Assembly (NCBI GenBank): GCA_963662315.1
Contig: OY759353.1
Coordinates: 800,001-864,000, forward strand
Length of the DNA: 64,000 nucleotides
Direction: 5' to 3'
Source: Geopsychrobacteraceae bacterium
GTDB lineage: Bacteria; Desulfobacterota; Desulfuromonadia; Desulfuromonadales; Geopsychrobacteraceae
This document shows, in pieces, positions 23,859 to 33,546 of the stretch (the first letter of the stretch is position 1; the number at the start of each line of letters is the position of its first letter). The position numbers and the translations under genes are program-made. The notes under the pieces were generated by a model that ran no database searches, had not been told where the DNA came from, and saw nothing but the letters and a program-made list of their open reading frames with translations.

Positions 23859-24629
23859 TCAACCGAGGAAATGAGATACCTCTTCAAAAAAGTTATCAAG
23901 TTCTCGGTTCACAAAATATCGGTTATCAGTTCTATTCAGCATGACTTCACCTTTATTGACTATAATCGTTGGCGCGCTGGTCAAATACGGTAAGTGAGAA
24001 GCCGGTGCTACCTGAAGTGAAGAACCAAGAATCAGTAATAAATCACAATTTTTTACAACGAGCTCTGCTTCGGAAAAATGATTCACCGCTTCACCGAAAA
24101 AAACGATATCTGGTTTCAAAACTCCTTTGCATTTTTGGCACCGAGCAACTGGATAACTAGAACTTGCAGTGATTGCATCCTTCCACCAGACATAGGATAG
24201 ATTTGAATAATAAGTGTCACACCCGGTACAATGGGCACTATTGTATGAACCATGGAGGTCTATAATCCGCCTGTTACCAGCTTGGTAATGTAATAAGTCG
24301 ATATTTTGCGTGATAATATGATCGAGGAGTCCCCGATTTTCAAGCCGGGCTAAAAAACGATGGGTATAGGTTGGTTTGATATTATTGATTGAATTAATAA
24401 AATCGTTTGTAAAATAGTAAAAATACGCGGGTTCAGAGTAGAAATAATTAATGTCAAAAACTTTTTCAGGATCATGCTTTTTGGTTACATAAAGACCTTG
24501 AGGACCTCGGAAATCTGGAATTCCTGCCGCTGTTGAAATTCCGGCACCAGATAAAACTGCAATGGAAAGACTCGACTCTATCAATCTGGCACACTGCAGG
24601 GAAGATATTTCCTTCATGGCAAGCTTCAT
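23859..24629 (-). CDS. cobB: NAD-dependent protein deacylase, Sir2 family
   Basis: GAGISTAAGIPDFRG, ITQNID, LHGS, CxxC...CxxC zinc site, KPDIVFFGE, GSSLQV. Confidence 0.92.
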   Translation of the reverse strand: MKLAMKEISSLQCARLIESSLSIAVLSGAGISTAAGIPDFRGPQGLYVTKKHDPEKVFDINYFYSEPAYFYYFTNDFINSINNIKPTYTHRFLARLENRGLLDHIITQNIDLLHYQAGNRRIIDLHGSYNSAHCTGCDTYYSNLSYVWWKDAITASSSYPVARCQKCKGVLKPDIVFFGEAVNHFSEAELVVKNCDLLLILGSSLQVAPASHLPYLTSAPTIIVNKGEVMLNRTDNRYFVNRELDNFFEEVSHFLG

Positions 24630-24773
24630 CCTTAATCAGTAATAAAATTACACATCGTGTATTGCTTTTAGCATAAGCCCCTCCAGACAACAAGAACACT
24701 TCCAAGCGAAGGAATTGTGTGGGTTATTTAAACCGAGAGAAAATTGTGGGTAGACCTTTGGTTCGCTGATTAT

Positions 24774-24789
24774 CGGCGCAGGATTTGCT
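24774..24789 (+). promoter_or_regulatory. possible sigma54 promoter pointing toward cowN
   Basis: CGGCGCAGGATTTGCT (GG-N10-GC with TTGCT), but ~440 bp upstream of cowN. Confidence 0.3.
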
Positions 24790-25231
24790 AGCATTCTGAG
24801 TAAAAAATGATATTTCGCCCATGCTTGTAAGGATCTTGTGTCTGTTGACTGGCTATTGATTTTGCCAGTCTATTTTTAATATTAAGAAATTATCAGCGTA
24901 TATCTGCAAAGATAAAGCTTTTAATAATTGATATGTTAGCCCTAACAACCTCGTCTAAAGATCAGCAACGATTATCCGGATTTAGCGAACGAGCTTGTCT
25001 TAAGAAAGAAATAATCAGTACCCCAAATCATAAAAACGATGCGAATTTTATTGTTAAACGCGGTTGCTTGCGGGAGTCTGAACCTGCTGATATTTTCAGC
25101 ACCCGTGTCAAAAACTTATGCAGAGCCGATGAGAAAATCCATTATCAATATGAATTAAATTTAAATGCTCCTGGGCCAACAGATGAATTATTTACGTTCA
25201 GGAGCCAATCGCTTGAAAAGGAGTTAAGAAC

Positions 25232-25528
25232 ATGTCGCAAGCACAAACCAAGACCGATAGATATGTTTCGTTTAAAGGTATTGAAGAGGATAAAAATACC
25301 AGAGAATTCATCCGTCTGCTCAGGGTCCATATTGATGACCCTGAAAAGACCAATGCGTTCTGGGAAAGATACAAACAAATGCTCGCAGATTCTGAGTCGG
25401 GACGGTCTGGAAAGGATTATCTCTTTCTAATTCATAGTTACATCAATATCTTAAGAGATTATCTTGAAGAGATGGATGATGCCATGGCGCTTGCGCTGCT
25501 TGAAAAAATCGAAGCTGAAAGCTGTTAA
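25232..25528 (+). CDS. cowN: N2-fixation sustaining protein CowN (CO protection of nitrogenase)
   Basis: DRYVSF, NAFWE, LFLIHSYIN, LEKIEAESC pattern typical of CowN; AAGGAG SD. Confidence 0.8.
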   Translation: MSQAQTKTDRYVSFKGIEEDKNTREFIRLLRVHIDDPEKTNAFWERYKQMLADSESGRSGKDYLFLIHSYINILRDYLEEMDDAMALALLEKIEAESC

Positions 25529-25550
25529 TCGTTTCTTTGATAATCGGTAA

Positions 25551-26918
25551 TTATTCCTTTCTCCTTTGGAGAATGCCGACAATAAAAATAGATAATGAGA
25601 TTCCAAGTCCAAGGTACAATGGCTGCACCTGCTGGAATTTTGTTACTCCGAATCCGATGACACAAAGAGGAGCGATCAGAATAGAGAGAGCTCCTGCTTT
25701 GCGTAGGTTGAACTTGGAAAAAAACACGGCAAAGGTAATAGGAAAAAAAAGCGTAGAGCCACGTAATCCCATCGACAGAAAGCTCCAGTCCATAATCGCT
25801 GACCCAAGGTTAAAGAGCAAGAGCACAAAAGCACCAGCGACAATGGCTATTGTCAGTAAGCGGTAGTAAATCAGACTCAACTTTTGGTTCAAAAACAATG
25901 ATTTTAACACATCTACTTTAAGCGTAGTGGATACCCCGAGCGCTAAGCCGGAAGCGGTCCCTACGGCAGCTATCAGCAAGGTTGCGAAAGCCACTCCTGC
26001 GAAAATATCCGGGGTATAATGAAGTAAAAAAGTGGGTAGTGCCAGTGCACTTTGCAAATCTGGGCTAGTTTGTTTCATAAACAATCCAACCAAAATACCC
26101 AATAAGCCGAGAGGCGGGATGAAGATTGCGCTGAGTAAAGCCCCTTTACGCGCGGATGTTGCGTCCTGAGCAGAGAAAATAGCCTGCAGGTAAGTTTGCG
26201 TTGAAATAACGCCAACAATCATAGACAGAAGGTCTGAAATTCCTTGTGCAAAGCCATAACCAAACAGGCTGAACCATGGATAATCGGGGAAATGAGCGGT
26301 CAAAGCATTTATTCCCCCGGCCTGACAGATGGATATAACGCCAGCAGCGACCATGGTGAGATAGATTAAGGCCATTTTGACCATCCCAGTGGCGCCTGCA
26401 GCCTTCATTCCTCCCCCAAGGGTAAATGCCAATACCAACAATGATGAAATACTGGCGCTCCAGACCAACGGCATATCAAACAGAACCGCAAGGATTGCAC
26501 CGCATGCCAGCAACTGGGCGACAATCTGGATAAACATACCGATGGCAGAAAACAGGCTGGCAATTATCCTTGCCCTTTCTCCATGGTACCTGCTGATGAA
26601 TTCAGGAATTGTTTCGACCTGACTATTACGTAATGGCATGGCAAAAAAAATGGCCAGACAAAAACAGGCGATTCCTGCACCAAGGGTAAACCACCAAGCT
26701 GAAAGCCCCCATAAAAAAGCCAGTTGTGCAGTGCCGATTGTTGATGCTCCTCCGACCAATGTACCGGTAATGGCTCCAAATACATTCCATGGCCCGGATT
26801 TACGTCCACCCAGGGAAAAATCGTGGCTACTTCTCGCTTTACTTTTGCCTCCCCAAGCCATGTAAATAATCAAAGTTAATGTCAGGCAAAATGATACCAG
26901 AAAAAGAGGAGTGGTCAT
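25551..26918 (-). CDS. sodium:solute symporter family protein
   Basis: DFSLGGRK, GGASTIG, TIPEFISRYHG, GGMKA; multiple TM segments. Confidence 0.88.
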   Translation of the reverse strand: MTTPLFLVSFCLTLTLIIYMAWGGKSKARSSHDFSLGGRKSGPWNVFGAITGTLVGGASTIGTAQLAFLWGLSAWWFTLGAGIACFCLAIFFAMPLRNSQVETIPEFISRYHGERARIIASLFSAIGMFIQIVAQLLACGAILAVLFDMPLVWSASISSLLVLAFTLGGGMKAAGATGMVKMALIYLTMVAAGVISICQAGGINALTAHFPDYPWFSLFGYGFAQGISDLLSMIVGVISTQTYLQAIFSAQDATSARKGALLSAIFIPPLGLLGILVGLFMKQTSPDLQSALALPTFLLHYTPDIFAGVAFATLLIAAVGTASGLALGVSTTLKVDVLKSLFLNQKLSLIYYRLLTIAIVAGAFVLLLFNLGSAIMDWSFLSMGLRGSTLFFPITFAVFFSKFNLRKAGALSILIAPLCVIGFGVTKFQQVQPLYLGLGISLSIFIVGILQRRKE

Positions 26919-27073
26919 GTTATGGCATCCTATAATCTATTGTGAGACATGGGTTTGAACGGAATATATTCCCCCTTAGCCAGTTTTTGAAAAACTATTC
27001 GCGCTGCAATTGCGCGTTAAGAAAGGATTATTTATACAGAATAAAATTATGCCAATTATATTTATCTATGAAA

Positions 27074-27102
27074 TTGACAAGTTCGATATTAATAATTAGT
27101 AT
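27074..27102 (+). promoter_or_regulatory. sigma70 promoter of a candidate sRNA
   Basis: TTGACA (27074-27079)-17 bp-TAGTAT (27097-27102); no + strand CDS downstream before a terminator. Confidence 0.7.
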
Positions 27103-27103
27103 C
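27085..27103. promoter_or_regulatory. Fur-box-like operator
   Basis: GATATTAATAATTAGTATC matches 15/19 positions of GATAATGATAATCATTATC and overlaps the spacer and -10. Confidence 0.55.
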
Positions 27104-27108
27104 ATACA

Positions 27109-27184
27109 AATGAGAGAATTTACGAGTTCTCTCAAATCGGGTTCCAAGGAAGCATCCCCCTCCGCTTTTTTGGAACCCTTTTTT
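27109..27184 (+). ncRNA. candidate ~75-nt small RNA with C-rich anti-SD loop
   Basis: Promoter, hairpin 1 (UACG loop), hairpin 2 with loop AUCCCCCUCC, U6 tail; G-U pairs form only on the + strand. Confidence 0.6.
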
Positions 27185-28298
27185 ATTCCAGGCGTTGTTT
27201 TATTTCATAGATCTTCTTCCAAGACTGATCAATCCTATCCCTTGGTATTTTGCCCTCATTGATCAGATTAAGAATAATCGCTATTTTCCGCTGCAACAGG
27301 TCTGGTTCGAATTTTAAATTATTACCAAAAATCAATAAATCATTTCCGGCCATAATGGCATGGTACAAAATCTCCTGCTCAGAATAGTGTTTTTGTAATG
27401 CATCCATCTGCAGATCATCTGAAATAACCAACCCTTTATAGCCAAGTTCTGTTTTTAATAACTGAGTGATAGCTTTTGTGGATAACGAGGCCGGATAATC
27501 TGCATCGATAGTGTTGTTAAAAACATGGGCAACCATAACCATATCGACTATCCCCTGACTGATAAGTGCTTTATAGGGCTGGAGCTCATACTCGTGCCAA
27601 AGTGTCGAAATATCGACGTAGCCGAGGTGTGAATCATTAAGGGAACTTCCGTGACCAGGAAAATGTTTCAGAACCGTTAATATTTTATATTGTGTGTGTG
27701 CCCTTATGAACATTGAGGCTAAGCGGGTTACGGTTTCGCTATCAGCCGCATAGCAACGTTTCAGCTTAGCGATAACAGGGTTATCGGGATTAGTGCACAG
27801 ATCTACAACAGGTGCCAGATTTATATTGATACCATTAAGGGCTATCTGTTTAGCCGTGTGGTTAAACTCCTGCATTATTGCGGTGTCGTCCTGCCACGTC
27901 CCAATATAAAGAGCGTCACTCCCACGATTAAAACCATTATGTTCATTCAGCCTGGCGACCCGGCCTCCTTCCTGATCAACAGCAATAAATAATGGTATCT
28001 GAGAGCTATTTTTAAGTTCGGTTGTCAACTGTTTCAGCTGCTGTGGCGAGGCAATATTTCTCGGTCGGCTTTTTAATGCAACGTCATAATCAAAAAGAAT
28101 GACTCCACCCAACATGTTTTTATTCAGGGCAAGTCTTATGTCGTCAGCTTCACTCAGTGTTAATCCACGAAATCCGACCACCATCATTTGTCCAATTTTC
28201 TGTTCCAACGTTAAATCTGGCACTGCGGCAGCAGCTGTTGTAGGCAAGAAATAAATACTGAGGATAATAATTAGCAGAGAACTGAAGTTTTTGCGCAT
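27183..28298 (-). CDS. glycoside hydrolase family 3 (beta-N-acetylhexosaminidase-like), exported
   Basis: VDQEGGRVARL, NLAPVVD, KHFPGHGS..DSH, ISDDLQM; N-terminal signal peptide. Confidence 0.9.
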   Translation of the reverse strand: MRKNFSSLLIIILSIYFLPTTAAAAVPDLTLEQKIGQMMVVGFRGLTLSEADDIRLALNKNMLGGVILFDYDVALKSRPRNIASPQQLKQLTTELKNSSQIPLFIAVDQEGGRVARLNEHNGFNRGSDALYIGTWQDDTAIMQEFNHTAKQIALNGININLAPVVDLCTNPDNPVIAKLKRCYAADSETVTRLASMFIRAHTQYKILTVLKHFPGHGSSLNDSHLGYVDISTLWHEYELQPYKALISQGIVDMVMVAHVFNNTIDADYPASLSTKAITQLLKTELGYKGLVISDDLQMDALQKHYSEQEILYHAIMAGNDLLIFGNNLKFEPDLLQRKIAIILNLINEGKIPRDRIDQSWKKIYEIKQRLE

Positions 28299-28408
28299 AT
28301 AGGATCCGATTAAGATGTTGAACGCTCTTCCCAACATTAATATTGTTTAAATAATTGGTGTCAATATGTTACATTGCACTCAGTCCTTACTATTATGAGA
28401 GGGTGCTC

Positions 28409-29470
28409 ATGGCAAAAATAGATAAATTATTTCAAATCTTAAAGCAAAAAGGCGGGTCAGATCTGCATTTATCTCCAGACAATGCTCCTTTGATCCGAGT
28501 TTCCGGTCAGCTGCAGCCCGTAGTTGAACAGGTTCTTAACCATGCTCAATATCGTTCTTTACTATACGAAATAATGACAGAGCAGCAACAAAAAGATTTT
28601 GAGGAACGCCGGGATCTTGATTTCGCCTACGAAGTGACTGAGCTGAATGCCCGTTTTCGCGCTAATATTTTCATGGGAAGGCTTGGTATCAGTGCGGTAT
28701 TCAGAATTATCCCGGCGACTATCCTTACTGTCGAACAACTGGGCCTTCCCCAGACTGTATTGAATCTAACCGAGTACAAAAAGGGGCTTATTCTGGTGAC
28801 AGGCCCTACCGGCAGCGGCAAGTCAACAACACTGGCCGCAATGATCGACCATATCAACAAGACTCGAAACGAACATATTCTCACGGTTGAAGACCCGATT
28901 GAATTTGTGCACAAGCCTCAGGGCAGCCTTATTAACCAACGTGAAGTAGGAATTCATACCAAAAGCTTTGCCTCTGCATTGAAAGCCGCATTACGTGAAG
29001 ATCCGGATATTATCCTGGTTGGAGAAATGCGTGATCTTGAAACAATAGAGCTTGCTATTACAGCAGCAGAAACCGGGCACCTGGTTTTTGGAACGTTGCA
29101 CACCAGTAGTGCTGCAAAAACCGTTGACCGCCTAGTCAATGTTTTCCCGACTACGCAGCAGGAACAGATAAGAACCATGCTTTCAGAATCTTTACGTGGT
29201 GTTGTCGCTCAACAGTTATGCCGGACAATTGATGGCAAACGATGCGCTGCCCTTGAAATACTGAAAGTCAATGCGGCATCAGCAAACCTGATTCGCGAGG
29301 GAAAAACTTTTCAAATCCCTTCAATTATTCAAACCGGGAAAAAAGAAGGAATGCAGCTGATGGATCAGGCTTTGCAGGATCTGGTTAAGCAAAAGCGGAT
29401 TAGCGTCGAAGAAGCAACTCGGTTCGCTGTCAATAAGAATCTGTTCCAAACCAATGAAACGGGAGCTTAG
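28409..29470 (+). CDS. pilT: type IV pilus twitching motility ATPase PilT family
   Basis: GSDLHL, TGPTGSGKSTT, EDPIEF, ALREDPDIILVGEMRD, GTLHT, NLIREGK. Confidence 0.92.
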   Translation: MAKIDKLFQILKQKGGSDLHLSPDNAPLIRVSGQLQPVVEQVLNHAQYRSLLYEIMTEQQQKDFEERRDLDFAYEVTELNARFRANIFMGRLGISAVFRIIPATILTVEQLGLPQTVLNLTEYKKGLILVTGPTGSGKSTTLAAMIDHINKTRNEHILTVEDPIEFVHKPQGSLINQREVGIHTKSFASALKAALREDPDIILVGEMRDLETIELAITAAETGHLVFGTLHTSSAAKTVDRLVNVFPTTQQEQIRTMLSESLRGVVAQQLCRTIDGKRCAALEILKVNAASANLIREGKTFQIPSIIQTGKKEGMQLMDQALQDLVKQKRISVEEATRFAVNKNLFQTNETGA

Positions 29471-29472
29471 CT

Positions 29473-29922
29473 ATGGATGATCATCGGATATCTGTTGAGA
29501 CAAGGTACGTTGACATATTGCTCACTAATGGCAATCAGGTCTCTGGTGACATGTTTCTCCAACTACACGGCACCAAGTCATATGAACCGCAAAGGATTGA
29601 AGAGTTATTGAACGGGGAAAATGAATTTATTCCTGTACGTCATGGCGACAGGGTCTTTCTGTTGAACATCAGACACATTGTTTCTTTGACCTGTGATGCT
29701 GACAGCGAGCTCACTGATTTACAGCGTTTAGGGGAACAATATAGTGTTTCTGTGGAAACTGTTAACGGTCAACTGGATGATCTTCAGGTTTTTGTCAATC
29801 TCCCTTCGGGAAAACAGCGAATTAAAGATTTCTTGAATCAAAGAAAGACATTTTTATTATTTATAAAAGACAATAAGGGAATCTATTTGCAAAGAGATAT
29901 GATTGTCCGGGTAAGCGATTGA
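29473..29922 (+). CDS. hypothetical protein with internally duplicated ~70-aa domain
   Basis: Starts 2 bp after the pilT stop; two similar halves (RIEELLN..EFIPV / RIKDFLN..TFLLF). Confidence 0.7.
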   Translation: MDDHRISVETRYVDILLTNGNQVSGDMFLQLHGTKSYEPQRIEELLNGENEFIPVRHGDRVFLLNIRHIVSLTCDADSELTDLQRLGEQYSVSVETVNGQLDDLQVFVNLPSGKQRIKDFLNQRKTFLLFIKDNKGIYLQRDMIVRVSD

Positions 29923-29952
29923 AAAAACTTACAAATAAATAATTCACTATAT

Positions 29953-29986
29953 GGAGGTGACTCTGGTGGAATTCAGGGTCACCTCC
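29953..29986. terminator. hairpin between convergent pilT operon and catabolic cluster
   Basis: GGAGGTGAC / GTCACCTCC inverted repeat. Confidence 0.65.
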
Positions 29987-30021
29987 GTTTGATTGTTTTA
30001 AACGATATTTAGATCAAGTGA

Positions 30022-31041
30022 CTATCGCTCGGGCAGCGTTTTTTTTAAATCTAAAGCGACATCGACAATCATATCCTCCTGACCTCCTACCATCCGACGT
30101 TTACCCAGTTCCATTAAGATATCGCGCATATCAATACCGTATTTTAGTGAGGCCGTCTCGGCATGGCGCAAAAAGCTGGAATAGACGCCTGCATATCCAA
30201 GTGACAGTGATTGCCGGTCAACCTGAATAGGACGATCTTGAAGTGGCCGAACGATATCCTGAGCTGCATCCATCAGGGCAAACAGGTTACATTGATGGGG
30301 AATATGACTGCGGTCGGCAACGGCAATAAAAGCTTCCAGAGGTGTGTTCCCTGCCCCGGCACCATTTCCCGCAAGGGCAGCATCGACACGAATAGCGCCC
30401 ATATTTACGGCAGCTATTGAGTTGGCAACACTTAATGCCAGATTGTGATGGCAATGAATGCCAACTTGGGTCGCAGGATTAAGGGTTTGTTTAAAGGCAT
30501 CAATTCTTTCCTCAATCTGGTTGGTCAACATAGCTCCTGCAGAATCGACAACATAAACACAACCTGCGCCATAGCTTTCCATCAATTTAGCCTGCGCTGC
30601 AAGTTGCTGCGGAGCGATCATATGCGACATCATCAAGAAACCGATCGTATCCATCCCTAACTCTCGGGCCATTGCAATATGCTGCCTTGAAATATCAGCT
30701 TCCGTACAATGAGTGGCGATCCGCACCGACCTTGCTCCAGCGCTGTACGCATGTTTCAGGTCGTCAACGGTACCTATCCCGGGGATCAGTAATACGGTAA
30801 TAAGGGCATTTTCAACCACTTCTGCCGCCGTTTCTATCCACTCAATATCCGTATGCAAACCAAATCCATAGTTAAAGCTACTGCCGCTAAGACCATCACC
30901 GTGACAAACCTCAATGCCATTAACACCCGCTTTATCAAGTGCTGCGGCAATGGTACGGACCTGATCTTTGGTATATTGATGACGAACCGCATGCATCCCG
31001 TCTCGTAGTGTTACATCCTGAATATATAAATGATTTGTCAT
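30022..31041 (-). CDS. dmpG: 4-hydroxy-2-oxovalerate aldolase
   Basis: [50 protein letters not shown]. Confidence 0.93.
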   Translation of the reverse strand: MTNHLYIQDVTLRDGMHAVRHQYTKDQVRTIAAALDKAGVNGIEVCHGDGLSGSSFNYGFGLHTDIEWIETAAEVVENALITVLLIPGIGTVDDLKHAYSAGARSVRIATHCTEADISRQHIAMARELGMDTIGFLMMSHMIAPQQLAAQAKLMESYGAGCVYVVDSAGAMLTNQIEERIDAFKQTLNPATQVGIHCHHNLALSVANSIAAVNMGAIRVDAALAGNGAGAGNTPLEAFIAVADRSHIPHQCNLFALMDAAQDIVRPLQDRPIQVDRQSLSLGYAGVYSSFLRHAETASLKYGIDMRDILMELGKRRMVGGQEDMIVDVALDLKKTLPER

Positions 31042-31952
31042 ACGAGCCTCTCAGCTGTCTTAAGTGCTGCAGACGTCATGATATCGAGGTTCCCCGCATA
31101 GGATGGCAGGTAATGAGCAGCGCCTTCAACTTCAAGAAAAATAGAGGTTTTAAGCCCGGAAAACTGTCCATATCCAGGGATGTTAACCGGTCTATTCGCC
31201 TCAATTTTATCGATCTGGACTTGCTGTTTAAGTCGATAACCTGGGACATAGGCCTGGACTTTTTCAACCATTTGAGCAATTGATTGCACGATCTCTTCAG
31301 GAGCAGCATCCTGACTCAGAACGTATACGGTGTCACGCATGATGACCGGCGGTTCAGCGGGATTTAAGATGATGATGGCTTTACCCCGATCTGCCCCGCC
31401 GACAGTTTCGATAGCTCGCGAAGTTGTTTCCGTAAACTCGTCAATATTGGCCCTGGTTCCCGGACCGGCAGATTTGGATGAAATGGAGGCAACAATTTCT
31501 GCATAGGGAACACGTTTCGATACTCTGGCAACTGCTGCGACCATAGGAATAGTCGCCTGCCCTCCACAGGTAACCATATTCAGATTGTCTTTATCCAGAT
31601 GTTCATCGAAATTAACGACTGGAACAACATATGGGCCAACTGCGGCAGGGGTAAGATCTATAACTTTTTTACCATCTCTGCGTAAAATTTCTGCATGGTG
31701 GTAATGCGCACCGGCGGAAGTTGCATCGAAAACAATTTGAATATCTTTATATAAGGGCATTTTTAAAAGGCCGTCTATCCCCTCATGAGTAACAGGAATA
31801 TTCATCTTTTGGGCGCGAGCCAAACCGTCAGAGCCCGCATCGATCCCAACCAAGACAACCATCTCCAGCACCTGTGACAGCTTTGTAATTTTAATCATCA
31901 GGTCTGTTCCTATGTTTCCCGAACCTATGATGGCAACTTTGGTAAGCGGCAT
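31038..31952 (-). CDS. dmpF: acetaldehyde dehydrogenase (acylating)
   Basis: [23 protein letters not shown] (catalytic Cys), [22 protein letters not shown]. Confidence 0.93.
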   Translation of the reverse strand: MPLTKVAIIGSGNIGTDLMIKITKLSQVLEMVVLVGIDAGSDGLARAQKMNIPVTHEGIDGLLKMPLYKDIQIVFDATSAGAHYHHAEILRRDGKKVIDLTPAAVGPYVVPVVNFDEHLDKDNLNMVTCGGQATIPMVAAVARVSKRVPYAEIVASISSKSAGPGTRANIDEFTETTSRAIETVGGADRGKAIIILNPAEPPVIMRDTVYVLSQDAAPEEIVQSIAQMVEKVQAYVPGYRLKQQVQIDKIEANRPVNIPGYGQFSGLKTSIFLEVEGAAHYLPSYAGNLDIMTSAALKTAERLV

Positions 31953-32040
31953 GCAATTTCTCCTTGATTGCGGTGATTATTCGATCAGAGACAATTCAAC
32001 CCGTCACTTTTTTGCGATGGCTGCCCATATTACCCATGAC

Positions 32041-33498
32041 CTAGCCAGGTTCCAGTCTCTCAATCTGACCGTCAAGCAATCTGATCAAGTCCGCCAGCAG
32101 TTCTGAATTTCCAACGTTTCCGGGAAATACGATATAGGATATTCCTGGGAATTTGGTTTCTTCCTGTAATTTCCAAGCGGAGATCCCCGGAGCAACCTGT
32201 CCGAGTACGACAGCCGACTTGACTCTCAAGGCTTCGGTTGCCAGGTCGCTTGAGGTAATACCTCCTTTAGCAATAAGAAAGCGCGGTTTAACATCAAGAG
32301 TTGCAACGATTTCCACCAACGCTGCGGAGACCTTGCTGCCGATATCGAGATTAACAAGTGCCCCCGCCTGTTTCACAAGTGCCCGGCTGGTGTAGACCAT
32401 AATATTTTCGCCGTTTGTCAGGCTGTCATGAACCGCCTGCTTTACCTTATCAATCTCATTCTGTCTTTCAGATATTTCAAGTAAATTATTAACGTTAACT
32501 TCTAACCAATTAAGATTGTCGATGTTTTTAGCTCCTTCGACTTGAGCTGTCGTCTTGCCAATATAGGATCCGACAATAACTAACCCGCCATGAGGGTTTG
32601 CTGTTTGCGAAGCCACTTCATCACCGGTCAGATATGCCTTGGGACTGATACCACCCCTGACTCTGACAAAGGAGGCACTGGAGCGAACAAGATAATGTCT
32701 TCCGGCTGCTTCGGCCTTCAACAGACCAAGGACAAAAACTTCAAGGTCAGTATAATCGGCAGCATTGACAACAACCCTGGCGCCTTTGGGAGACCTAAGC
32801 AGAATATCGGCGACATGATCGGAGCCATGAAGGCGAAGGTCTACAATTTGAACACAAACGACCTCTTCAGCGGTAACAGTCCCTGCTGTCTTTTCCTCAA
32901 TGTACTTCGGCATGTAAGAACTGCTGTATCCAAAGACAGCGTCATTGGCGAACTCAGTGTCTTCCGCCGGAGTCAGTTTGTCACCTTCCTGCACATAATG
33001 AATATTATTAATCGTATAGCGCCCACCTTCAAAAAAGGCCGGAATGAGCAAGTGCCCATCAAATTCGAGGTTCGCCTCCTGTTGCAGGGTGGTGCCGATT
33101 ACATCCAGCTCGAGAGGGTAATGGCCACGCAGAGTCGAATCGCTGCGGCTGATAATGTCAAAGCTGACTCCGCATAACTGCGAGGCTTTACATAAATTGC
33201 GAGCAACTTCAGCATTCAGGGATGCTGCCGCTGCGGTATTCATGCTGCGGGTATTGGTCAGGATATAGAAGACATCTTCCTGCGCGGTTAAAGCTTTTTG
33301 CAAATCGGCGACATCCCATGTTGTCAGCACGTTAATGCCATGAACTGTTTGTGATCCTGTAGGATCATCATCAAGAACCACCACTTTCCGGCCCGAGGCT
33401 TTGACCGCAGCCTGAATTTGCTTAAATTGATCAGCATTATTGGCGACAGGTGGCAATGACGCGAAGATAGCGGATTTCAGATTAGTCTTGTCGCTCAC
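32041..33498 (-). CDS. four-carbon acid sugar kinase family (DUF1537) protein
   Basis: VLDDDPTG, SRSDSTLRGH, VGSY, AKGGITSSD, FPGNVG. Confidence 0.85.
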   Translation of the reverse strand: MSDKTNLKSAIFASLPPVANNADQFKQIQAAVKASGRKVVVLDDDPTGSQTVHGINVLTTWDVADLQKALTAQEDVFYILTNTRSMNTAAAASLNAEVARNLCKASQLCGVSFDIISRSDSTLRGHYPLELDVIGTTLQQEANLEFDGHLLIPAFFEGGRYTINNIHYVQEGDKLTPAEDTEFANDAVFGYSSSYMPKYIEEKTAGTVTAEEVVCVQIVDLRLHGSDHVADILLRSPKGARVVVNAADYTDLEVFVLGLLKAEAAGRHYLVRSSASFVRVRGGISPKAYLTGDEVASQTANPHGGLVIVGSYIGKTTAQVEGAKNIDNLNWLEVNVNNLLEISERQNEIDKVKQAVHDSLTNGENIMVYTSRALVKQAGALVNLDIGSKVSAALVEIVATLDVKPRFLIAKGGITSSDLATEALRVKSAVVLGQVAPGISAWKLQEETKFPGISYIVFPGNVGNSELLADLIRLLDGQIERLEPG

Positions 33499-33546
33499 TT
33501 TGATCTCCTTGTGACATCCTGATATATAAATTGAATAAGTCGCAGA

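Noticed and set aside
24850..24867. TGGC...TTGC as a sigma54 promoter
   Set aside because: GG-to-GC spacing is 11 nt on both strands rather than the required 10
24933..25430. 165-aa ORF overlapping cowN
   Set aside because: Overlaps cowN out of frame, has no SD or motif; cowN has a clear SD and family signature
26942..27262. 106-aa + strand ORF across the sRNA candidate
   Set aside because: Low-information AT-rich translation that runs through a promoter and terminator and into the GH3 gene
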